Below the pieces are notes generated by a model that worked only from the letters and a program-made list of their open reading frames with translations, had not been told where the DNA came from and ran no database searches. A stretch of 64,000 bases of DNA from Gammaproteobacteria bacterium (GTDB lineage: Bacteria > Pseudomonadota > Gammaproteobacteria > Magnimaribacterales > D2472), in the NCBI GenBank assembly GCA_045563715.1, contig JBJLIP010000001.1, forward strand, positions 65,131-129,130, read 5' to 3'. Below, in pieces: positions 57,026 through 64,000 of this stretch. Both the position numbers and the translations under genes were made by a program. Every line of letters starts with the position of its first letter. The stretch's first letter is position 1.

Positions 57026-58239
57026 AATCTTTCAGGGACTTCCTTTGTTTTTTCATATTTTGTGTATATAGGCATTAGCAAAAAGTAAGCAAAATAAATC
57101 ACAGTACAGATCACGCTCATGGTTTTCCTAACTTCAGTAATTCCAACTGTTCCGAGGTATCCTAAAGTAAGGAAACTTACTCCAAATAATGTGATTGCAA
57201 TTTTACTGTATATACCCTTGTATCTTATTGAAGCAACTTTGCTCCTATCTAACCATGGAACAATAAAAAATATTGCTACTGCCGATGCCATAACTATCAA
57301 GCCGCCAAAGGGATCTGGAATTGCCCTAAGCATCGTATAAAACGGAGCATAATACCAAACCGGAGCAATATGATCTGGTGTTACTAATGGATTAGCTTTC
57401 TCAAAATTTGCCATCTCAATAAAATAACCGCCACCTTCTGGAAAAAAGAACATAATTATTGAAAAAACAACTCCGAATACTCCTATTGCAACCATCGCGT
57501 TTAAAACTTTATATGGGAAAAAAGGTACGCTATCTAAAGGTACACCATCATCATCAAGATGCTCTTCAATATCAACTCCTTCTGGATTACCAGCACCAAC
57601 CTCATGAAGTGCAACCAAATGTAAGAAAACAAGAGCTATAAGAATTAGAGGCAAGGCAACTACATGTAACGCAAAAAATCTTGAGACAGTGATTCCTGAA
57701 ATATAATAATCTCCTCTAACCCAGAGCTCTAAAGACTCTCCTATATAGGGTATTGATCCAAATAATGAGATTATTACCTGTGCGCCCCAATAAGACATTT
57801 GACCATAAGGAAGTACGTATCCAAGAAAGCCCTCTGCCATCATTGTCAAATAGATAGTACAACCAAAAATCCATACCAGTTCTTTAGGTTTCTGATATGA
57901 GCCATAAAGCAATCCTCTAAACATATGCAAATATACGACAGCAAAAAATAAAGATGCTCCAGTAGTATGCATATATCTTATAACCCAGCCATAATCTACA
58001 TCTCGCATAATGTATTCTACTGAAGAAAAAGCCTGCTCTTCAGTATTTGAATATGGCATTATTAGCCATATGCCTGTGACTATTTGGATAATAAGAGTAA
58101 CTGCAGCCAAAGCTCCAAATAAGTACCAAAAATTAACTTTTGAAGGGACAGGATGTTTTGATAGATGTCTTTCAAAAGTGTTAACTATTGGTAGCCTGTC
58201 GTTTACCCAATAAAATAATTTGCTAGCTATTCCAAACAT
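57022..58239 (-). CDS. petB: Cytochrome b of the bc1 complex
   Basis: 405 aa. YGWVIRYMHTTGASLFF, PEW-type region, His ligands in FFALHVVALPL. Confidence 0.96.
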   Translation of the reverse strand: MFGIASKLFYWVNDRLPIVNTFERHLSKHPVPSKVNFWYLFGALAAVTLIIQIVTGIWLIMPYSNTEEQAFSSVEYIMRDVDYGWVIRYMHTTGASLFFAVVYLHMFRGLLYGSYQKPKELVWIFGCTIYLTMMAEGFLGYVLPYGQMSYWGAQVIISLFGSIPYIGESLELWVRGDYYISGITVSRFFALHVVALPLILIALVFLHLVALHEVGAGNPEGVDIEEHLDDDGVPLDSVPFFPYKVLNAMVAIGVFGVVFSIIMFFFPEGGGYFIEMANFEKANPLVTPDHIAPVWYYAPFYTMLRAIPDPFGGLIVMASAVAIFFIVPWLDRSKVASIRYKGIYSKIAITLFGVSFLTLGYLGTVGITEVRKTMSVICTVIYFAYFLLMPIYTKYEKTKEVPERL

Positions 58240-58240
58240 T

Positions 58241-58822
58241 TTATAAATCCTTGTCTTCTCCTATGGTTAATATACTTCCTTCAAACATATGTGGAGGAAC
58301 AATTAAGTTTGTTGGTGCAGGTACACCTTTAAAAACTCTACCCACAATATCAAACATTGAACCATGACATGGGCAAAAGAATCCTCCATTCCATGTTGCA
58401 TCCCATGGCTTGGGCTCAACTTCTGGAAAATATTTGGGAGCGCATCCTAAATGTGTGCATACTCCAGAAAAAACTGAATATTCTGGACTTCTAGATCTTG
58501 AAGGATTTAGTCCTTTATAAGGCTCAATAATTTGATCAGAATCTGGATCAGCCAATTTAGGCAAGGCAAGCTTTAAATTAGCAATACTTTCTTTTGTATG
58601 CCTTACTATAAAGACTGGTTGTTTTCTCCATGCAACTTGAATCTGTTGTCCATACATCATTTTTGAAACATCTAATTTAACAGGAGCTCCTGCTGCTTTG
58701 GCCTTAGCACTCGGGTTCCAAGCTGCGATAAATGGTGTTGCAGCAAATGGCAGACCGGATAGACCAACAGCGCTTGTCAAACCAATTAATACTTTTCTTC
58801 TTGTTTTGTCTTTATCTTGCAT
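58241..58822 (-). CDS. petA: Rieske [2Fe-2S] subunit of the bc1 complex
   Basis: 193 aa. Tat-like TRRKVLIG, CTHLGC...CPCHGS. Confidence 0.96.
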   Translation of the reverse strand: MQDKDKTRRKVLIGLTSAVGLSGLPFAATPFIAAWNPSAKAKAAGAPVKLDVSKMMYGQQIQVAWRKQPVFIVRHTKESIANLKLALPKLADPDSDQIIEPYKGLNPSRSRSPEYSVFSGVCTHLGCAPKYFPEVEPKPWDATWNGGFFCPCHGSMFDIVGRVFKGVPAPTNLIVPPHMFEGSILTIGEDKDL

Positions 58823-58853
58823 TTAGATAGTGTGCCGCTAAAAATCAGTCAAA

Positions 58854-58862
58854 ATTATACCA
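58854..58862 (-). promoter_or_regulatory. Possible extended -10 promoter element (TGgTATAAT) for petABC
   Basis: The minus strand reads atatGGTATAATtttgact in the 98-nt rpsI-petA spacer. No convincing -35 box. Confidence 0.3.
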
Positions 58863-58920
58863 TATTTAACTAATATAAAATTCACTTATAATGGAAAATA
58901 AGTTTGTAAAAAATTAAAAA

Positions 58921-59313
58921 TTATCGTTTAGAAAACTGTTTACTTTTCCTTGCTTTTACAAGACCAGGTTTCTTTCTTTCTACTCTTCTAGGATCTCTAG
59001 TAAGAAGTCCTGCTTTTTTTAATTGAGGCCTTAGATCCTCATCAAACATAGTTAATGCTCTTGATATACCATGCCGTATAGCTCCTGCTTGTCCAAAGCT
59101 ACCACCACCTTTAACTTTAACATCTAGATCTATCTTTTCAGATAACTCTAATAATTCTAATGGTTGCATAACAAGCATTTGAGCCACTTTTCTGCCAAAG
59201 TACTCATCAAGCTTCTTATTATTTACAGAAATATCTCCTTTGCCTTTTTTGAGGTAAACCCTTGCGGATGATGTTTTTCTTCTGCCAGTTGCGTAATGTA
59301 TATCTGCACTCAT
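58921..59313 (-). CDS. rpsI: 30S ribosomal protein S9
   Basis: [19 protein letters not shown]...[15 protein letters not shown]. The start is trimmed to the ATG at 59313 (a TAATG overlap with the rplM stop), giving the canonical 130 aa. Confidence 0.95.
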   Translation of the reverse strand: MSADIHYATGRRKTSSARVYLKKGKGDISVNNKKLDEYFGRKVAQMLVMQPLELLELSEKIDLDVKVKGGGSFGQAGAIRHGISRALTMFDEDLRPQLKKAGLLTRDPRRVERKKPGLVKARKSKQFSKR

Positions 59314-59744
59314 TAAATTAACTTCCATTCGGTTGGTTGTTGAGATTCATGATCATGATTGGGGCCTTTAAATACTTTAAGTTTTTTTATCATAGATTTT
59401 CCTAATTTATTTTTTGGCAACATTCCTTTAACAGCATCTTCTATAATCCTCTCAGGATTCTTTTCATTAATTTCTTTGAATGTTTGTGTTTTAAGGCCAC
59501 CTGGATACAAGGAGTGTTTGTAATATTTTTTATCAGTAAACTTTGAGCCAGTAACTTTTATTTTTTCTGCATTTACAACAATTACATAATCACCTCCATC
59601 GGTGTGAGGTGTGAATGTTGGTTTATCTTTGCCTCTTATTCTGTCAGCAATCTTGGTTGCAACTCTACCAAGAATACGATCAGTAACGTCAAGAACAAAC
59701 CAGCTTCTTTCTACTTCTTCTTTTTTTAGTGAGTACGTTTTCAT
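59313..59744 (-). CDS. rplM: 50S ribosomal protein L13
   Basis: [33 protein letters not shown] aligns with E. coli L13. The start is taken at MKT (59744). Confidence 0.96.
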   Translation of the reverse strand: MKTYSLKKEEVERSWFVLDVTDRILGRVATKIADRIRGKDKPTFTPHTDGGDYVIVVNAEKIKVTGSKFTDKKYYKHSLYPGGLKTQTFKEINEKNPERIIEDAVKGMLPKNKLGKSMIKKLKVFKGPNHDHESQQPTEWKLI

Positions 59745-59766
59745 AATCATTTAAATTGAGAAGCGA

Positions 59767-59795
59767 ATATTAATGTTTACTTGATAATATATCAA
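59767..59795 (-). promoter_or_regulatory. Candidate rplM-rpsI promoter (TTGATA-17 nt-TAATAT)
   Basis: The minus strand reads TTGATAtattatcaagtaaacatTAATAT. The -35 box is part of a small palindrome, TTGATAtatTATCAA. The -10 box ends about 22 nt before the rplM ATG. Confidence 0.4.
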
Positions 59796-59813
59796 TATTT
59801 AAATGCATTTTTA

Positions 59814-60869
59814 TTAATTTTTATGTTTTGAGAAATAATCATAACTTTGCATCTCAATAAGTCTGCTTGCGCATCTGCTCCACAAAATATTTAATTTAGT
59901 TCCCTTATATAATTCTTTTATTTCAATCTCATTAAAGAAAAACTTAACTTTAACTTTTCTGGTATATACGATATCAATAAAGGAAATAAACCTTCTTACA
60001 ATATCGATTGAATCATCATCACATTTATTGAAATTACTAATAAATATCCAATCAAGTTTGTTTGAAATTTCTTTGTAATCTTTTGAGCCTGTTGCCTCTT
60101 TAAAAAAGACCATAAAATCAATCCATAAGAGGTTTTTTGAAGCAAATTTACATTTAAATTTACGTTCATTTATTAATATTTCAGAACTTTGGTCGGTATG
60201 AGATATAAAATTATTAGTAATTAATTTAGATATATCCTTTTCAGAATAAATATTTTTTTTGTTGCTATCTAATTCAATAATATTTTTCGTTCTATAGTCA
60301 GTATCTCCATTGAGGTTAAATATATCTAGTTTTTTTGTGCAATTCTGTATAGATTTGATAAATTTTTGTCTTTGCAATCCATCTTGATATAAATTGTCAG
60401 GATGTGCGTTTGAAGTAATAATAATTTTTAATCCAATATTTAAAATTCTTTCTAAGATATCTGTAACAATCATAGCATCAGCAACATCTTCAACCTGAAA
60501 TTCATCAATGAAGATTATGTTGCATTTATAAGCAATTTTATTTGATACGTTTTTAAGAGGGTCTTTTTTACCACAGCTACTATTTAATTCATCATGAACG
60601 AAGCTCATAAAGTCAATGTAATGAAAGCTTTTGACTCTTGTATCTTGAAGTTGATTTACAAATTCATTAACTATTAAGGTTTTACCTCTTCCCACATCGC
60701 CCCATATATAGATTCCAAGATTTTCGTCTCTTGTAAATCTCCATATAGCGTTTGTAAAATTTTTATTTGTTTTAATTTTTGATAAGGCTTCAATAAGACT
60801 TAATTGAGCTGAATCTGCTTTTATACCTTGGTTTTTAAGAGCATCAATGATATTTTTAGTCATTGACAT
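59814..60869 (-). CDS. zapE: AFG1-like ATPase ZapE (YhcM)
   Basis: 351 aa. Walker A GDVGRGKT, Walker B IIFIDEFQVEDVADA. Next to rplM as in E. coli. Confidence 0.88.
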   Translation of the reverse strand: MSMTKNIIDALKNQGIKADSAQLSLIEALSKIKTNKNFTNAIWRFTRDENLGIYIWGDVGRGKTLIVNEFVNQLQDTRVKSFHYIDFMSFVHDELNSSCGKKDPLKNVSNKIAYKCNIIFIDEFQVEDVADAMIVTDILERILNIGLKIIITSNAHPDNLYQDGLQRQKFIKSIQNCTKKLDIFNLNGDTDYRTKNIIELDSNKKNIYSEKDISKLITNNFISHTDQSSEILINERKFKCKFASKNLLWIDFMVFFKEATGSKDYKEISNKLDWIFISNFNKCDDDSIDIVRRFISFIDIVYTRKVKVKFFFNEIEIKELYKGTKLNILWSRCASRLIEMQSYDYFSKHKN

Positions 60870-60870
60870 T

Positions 60871-61863
60871 ATGAAACTTTTTCAAACATACGGTTTAAAT
60901 TATATATTAGTTATATTATTAACATTTGCAGCCACATGGTACTTCATATCAGATGATAAAAACAAATTAGTCACCGCTTCAGAGAAATCTATTGAATCAG
61001 TGGTTACTATTTCTAGTAGTTCTAGTCAAATAAATTCAAGAAAAAATGGTGGAATTGGTTCTGGGGTTATATTTTCAGAAGACGGTTATATTGTTACAAA
61101 TCTACACATTCTATCTGGCAACAATATAAACGTAAGACTTAATAACGGTAAAAACTATTCAGCAAATATAATTGGTATAGACAAAAATACTGATATTGCT
61201 GTACTTAAAATTGTTTCAGATAAAAAATTAAATCCAATTGAAATAGCTGATTCTCAAAGCATTAAGATCGGGGACAGAGTGTTGGCTATTGGGAATCCTT
61301 ACGGAATCGGAATATCAGTTTCGAATGGCATTATAAGCGCACTAGGTAGAGATTATGGAAACCCATATCTTCAACTTATTCAAACTGATGCCGCCATCAA
61401 TCCAGGCAATTCTGGAGGTGCATTAATAAATGAAAATGGTAATCTGATTGGAATAAATTCAAAAATATTTTCTAAAACAGGCGCTTATCAAGGTATTGGT
61501 TTTGCAATTCCATCAAATCTTGTTGTACAAATTGTCTCTGAACTTATTCAATATGGAAAAATTAGAACTACATGGATTGGAAATTTTAGAGTCGTCAGAG
61601 TAAGAGTAAATCTAAAAAACAACAAAATTGTGAATGCATTAAAAATAGTAGAAATTGATGATTTTGGGCCATTATATGAAAAAGGTGTCAGGGAAAATGA
61701 CATTATTCTTGAAATAAATGAAGAGGAAGGTACTTGGAGTAATTTAACTAAATCACTCAGATTTGCAGGACTTGGCAGTGATATTAAATTAAAATTATCA
61801 TCCAAAAATAATGAATTTAAGGTTATTAATATTAGTCCGGATCAAACAAAGAAAATCAACTAG
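60871..61863 (+). CDS. degS: HtrA-family serine endoprotease, DegS/AlgW-like (TM anchor, trypsin domain, one PDZ)
   Basis: Catalytic triad contexts TNLHIL, DIAVLKI, GNSGGALIN, with a single C-terminal PDZ. The start is taken at MKLFQ (60871). The ORF-track start at 60847 would overlap zapE head-to-head. Confidence 0.8.
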   Translation: MKLFQTYGLNYILVILLTFAATWYFISDDKNKLVTASEKSIESVVTISSSSSQINSRKNGGIGSGVIFSEDGYIVTNLHILSGNNINVRLNNGKNYSANIIGIDKNTDIAVLKIVSDKKLNPIEIADSQSIKIGDRVLAIGNPYGIGISVSNGIISALGRDYGNPYLQLIQTDAAINPGNSGGALINENGNLIGINSKIFSKTGAYQGIGFAIPSNLVVQIVSELIQYGKIRTTWIGNFRVVRVRVNLKNNKIVNALKIVEIDDFGPLYEKGVRENDIILEINEEEGTWSNLTKSLRFAGLGSDIKLKLSSKNNEFKVINISPDQTKKIN

Positions 61864-63115
61864 GGAGTCTTGTTATATCTGCTCCAAGATAATTTAATTT
61901 CTCTTCTATCCTCTCATAACCCCTATCAATATGATATATCCTATCAACAACAGTTTCTCCTTTTGCGCAAAGACCCGCAAGTATTAGACTTGCAGATGCT
62001 CTCAAATCTGTTGCCATAACTTCAGCACCATATAAAGAGGAGACTCCATTTATTACTGCATGATTTCCTTGAACTTTTATATCACAGCCCATTCTATTCA
62101 ATTCAAGTATATGCATAAATCTATTTTCAAAAACTGTTTCATATATATTGGATGTCCCACTAGATATAGCATTAATTACTGAAAACTGTGCCTGCATATC
62201 AGTAGGAAATTCTGGAAAAGGCGCTGTAGTCACATCAACTGGCCTTGGTCGATCTTTGTTCATTGATATTGAAATTGAATCCTTGTCATATGATATATCA
62301 GCTCCTGTATCATCTAGTTTGTATATGACTTTCATTAATCTTTTAGGGTTTATGCCTTGAACAGTGATATTTCCATTTGTTACTGCAGCAGCGGCAAGAT
62401 ATGTGCCAGCTTCGATTCTGTCAGCTGGAATAAAATATTCACTTCCGTGAAGATTCTCTACGCCATCTATAATAATTTCATCACTTCCAGCTCCGCTAAT
62501 TTTTGCACCCATTGAATTTAACATTTCTGCTAAATCTATAATTTCAGGCTCCTTCGCGACATTTGTTAGGGTTGTTCTACCTTCTGCCAAAGTTGCTGCC
62601 ATCATTAAATTTTCGGTTCCAGTAACAGTAACTCCATCAAACCTTATTTTACTACCATATAACTTTTTTGCTGATGCTTCTATATATCCATTTTTTAGAA
62701 TAATTTTTGCTCCTAATTGCTTTAAAGCATCTAAATGAAAATTTACAGGTCTAGTTCCAATAGCGCAACCACCAGGAAGAGCAATTCTTGCCTTTCCATA
62801 TTTAGCTAACAAAGGTCCAAGTACCAATATAGAGGCTCTCATGGTTTTTACTAACTCATATCTTGCTTCAATGTCTTTTAAGTTGAATGAAGATATAGTA
62901 AAGTTCATATTCTCATCAAGCAAAATTTCAGCTCCCATCGATCCTAATAATTCAAAAATAGTTGTGATGTCTTGTAAATAGGGAAGATTTTTTAGAATAA
63001 TTTTTTCATCAGATAAAATTGTTGCTGCAATCATAGGTAATGCAGCGTTCTTTGCTCCAGAGCATTTAATCTTTCCTGAAAGAGTATTTCCACCTTTTAT
63101 TAATAGTTTTTCCAT
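61856..63115 (-). CDS. murA: UDP-N-acetylglucosamine 1-carboxyvinyltransferase
   Basis: 419 aa. SGAKNAALP, active-site loop LPGGCAIGTRPV, FPTDMQAQ. Confidence 0.97.
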   Translation of the reverse strand: MEKLLIKGGNTLSGKIKCSGAKNAALPMIAATILSDEKIILKNLPYLQDITTIFELLGSMGAEILLDENMNFTISSFNLKDIEARYELVKTMRASILVLGPLLAKYGKARIALPGGCAIGTRPVNFHLDALKQLGAKIILKNGYIEASAKKLYGSKIRFDGVTVTGTENLMMAATLAEGRTTLTNVAKEPEIIDLAEMLNSMGAKISGAGSDEIIIDGVENLHGSEYFIPADRIEAGTYLAAAAVTNGNITVQGINPKRLMKVIYKLDDTGADISYDKDSISISMNKDRPRPVDVTTAPFPEFPTDMQAQFSVINAISSGTSNIYETVFENRFMHILELNRMGCDIKVQGNHAVINGVSSLYGAEVMATDLRASASLILAGLCAKGETVVDRIYHIDRGYERIEEKLNYLGADITRLPS

Positions 63116-63121
63116 GATTAA

Positions 63122-63337
63122 TTATATAATTTTGGTTTCTAAGCTTAGAGCATGAAGTTCGCCTGATTCAAATTTATTTTGAAGGAGTTTCATTACGGTC
63201 TTGTGTTGATTAATCAACGACATGTCAGCAAAGGTTTTTGAGGCAACTTCAAGACGAAGATTGCATGAGTCACCATAAAATTTACATTCAGCATCTGGTA
63301 TATTATCCATTAATATTTTTTTTATGGTTTCTTTCAT
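63122..63337 (-). CDS. ibaG: BolA-family protein IbaG (YrbA)
   Basis: About 71 aa from MKETIKK. BolA-like (FADMSLINQHKTV...LHALSL). Directly upstream of murA as in E. coli. The start is trimmed from 63361. Confidence 0.75.
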   Translation of the reverse strand: MKETIKKILMDNIPDAECKFYGDSCNLRLEVASKTFADMSLINQHKTVMKLLQNKFESGELHALSLETKII

Positions 63338-63338
63338 A

Positions 63339-63965
63339 TCAAGAAATGCCCGCATCACCAAAATCAGAAACCCAATTTTTTATAGCAATTTCAATATCTT
63401 CATCGTATGAAATTGCTAATGCCTGAAATTGATTTCTAAGTGTTAAACCCAAATTAACACCATTAATAATTATATTTACAATCTTCCATCCATCTTTAGT
63501 TTTTCGAACTTTATATGAAACTGGATACTGACTAGTTCCAGTATCGAGAATTTGTTTTACTTCAATATTCTTGTCAAAATCAGATTTCATTTCTTCTGGA
63601 AAAACTGTAGTTATAGTAGAATCGCCCCATTGAGCAAGAGTTGATGCATAATTATCTAGTAAGGATTCTTTAAAAATTAATACGAACTCAGCTCTTTGAG
63701 TTTCAGAAGCCATTAAATAATACTTTTTACCCATAACACTGGCAGCAACTCTTCTAAAATCTATCATTGGTTCAAAAATTTCTTTAATTTTATCTTCATA
63801 TAATGATCTATCCTTCTCAAATAATTCAACATTCTCAACAAGAACATCTGCCATCTTTTGAGCATTAGTATCTATGAATAAAAATGGATTATCTTCTGAT
63901 TTTGTAGAAATAGAAATTATCATTAATAAGAAAAGAAAGAAATAATTTTTATGTGGGTGTAACAT
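63339..63965 (-). CDS. mlaC: Periplasmic phospholipid-binding protein MlaC (Ttg2D/toluene-tolerance family)
   Basis: 208 aa. Signal peptide. FDFRRVAASVMGKKY-type motif (IDFRRVAASVMGKKYY), YKV.K..DGWKIVNIIINGVNL. Confidence 0.85.
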   Translation of the reverse strand: MLHPHKNYFFLFLLMIISISTKSEDNPFLFIDTNAQKMADVLVENVELFEKDRSLYEDKIKEIFEPMIDFRRVAASVMGKKYYLMASETQRAEFVLIFKESLLDNYASTLAQWGDSTITTVFPEEMKSDFDKNIEVKQILDTGTSQYPVSYKVRKTKDGWKIVNIIINGVNLGLTLRNQFQALAISYDEDIEIAIKNWVSDFGDAGIS

Positions 63966-64000
63966 TGGTCTATTATAGCATTTACGTGAATATAAATTTT

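Noticed and set aside
63966-64000. A possible 3' end of mlaD upstream of mlaC at the window edge.
   Set aside because: Only 35 nt are available, which is too short to recognise a coding frame or product.

Overview
This window is a visibly AT-rich (roughly 30% GC by eye, not computed), extremely gene-dense core chromosomal segment of a streamlined gammaproteobacterium. A marine SAR86-like lineage is only a guess. I support 76 CDS, of which 70 are on the minus strand. I also support one tRNA-Lys(UUU), the RNase P RNA, and a few regulatory sites: an IscR operator and promoter, a LexA box, phased MraZ-type repeats, and one intrinsic terminator. By my approximate tally of the gaps, about 97% of the window is coding, and many start and stop codons overlap.

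The content is a chain of conserved housekeeping blocks whose order, as I recall it, parallels Pseudomonas-type genomes:
- hisS-ispG-rodZ-rlmN-ndk
- the isc operon
- purC-bamC-dapA/bcp/perM/bepA
- tRNA-Lys, then cpoB-pal-tolBARQ-ybgC
- yebC-aspS
- proS
- recA/fdxA
- pcm-surE-ispDF-ftsB-eno-kdsA-pyrG
- alr-dnaB-rplI-rpsR-rpsF
- the complete dcw cluster
- rnpB-rsmI/lpoA
- sspA-petCBA-rpsI-rplM
- zapE/degS
- murA-ibaG-mlaC

I found no transposase, integrase, prophage, CRISPR array, toxin-antitoxin pair or recognisable defence island. The interesting signals are deviations from conserved architecture:
1. A stand-alone Hjc-like PD-(D/E)XK nuclease occupies the slot where ruvC-ruvA-ruvB is expected.
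2. ftsZ has moved from the end of the dcw cluster to second position, between mraZ and rsmH. It lies directly behind four 10-bp-phased GTGTG repeats that look like a MraZ operator.
3. A near-consensus promoter plus a 24/25-match IscR box is embedded in the purC 3' end and predicts a leaderless GTG-initiated iscR.
4. There are clean deletions of hscBA, truD, nlpD-rpoS(-mutS), recX, sspB, yraN/diaA/dolP and mlaB from otherwise conserved operons.
5. Several enzymes are domain-reduced or fused: ProRS lacks the INS editing domain, MurD is short, LpoA is truncated, and ispD and ispF are fused as ispDF.

All family assignments come from reading motifs and synteny by eye. No database search was run.
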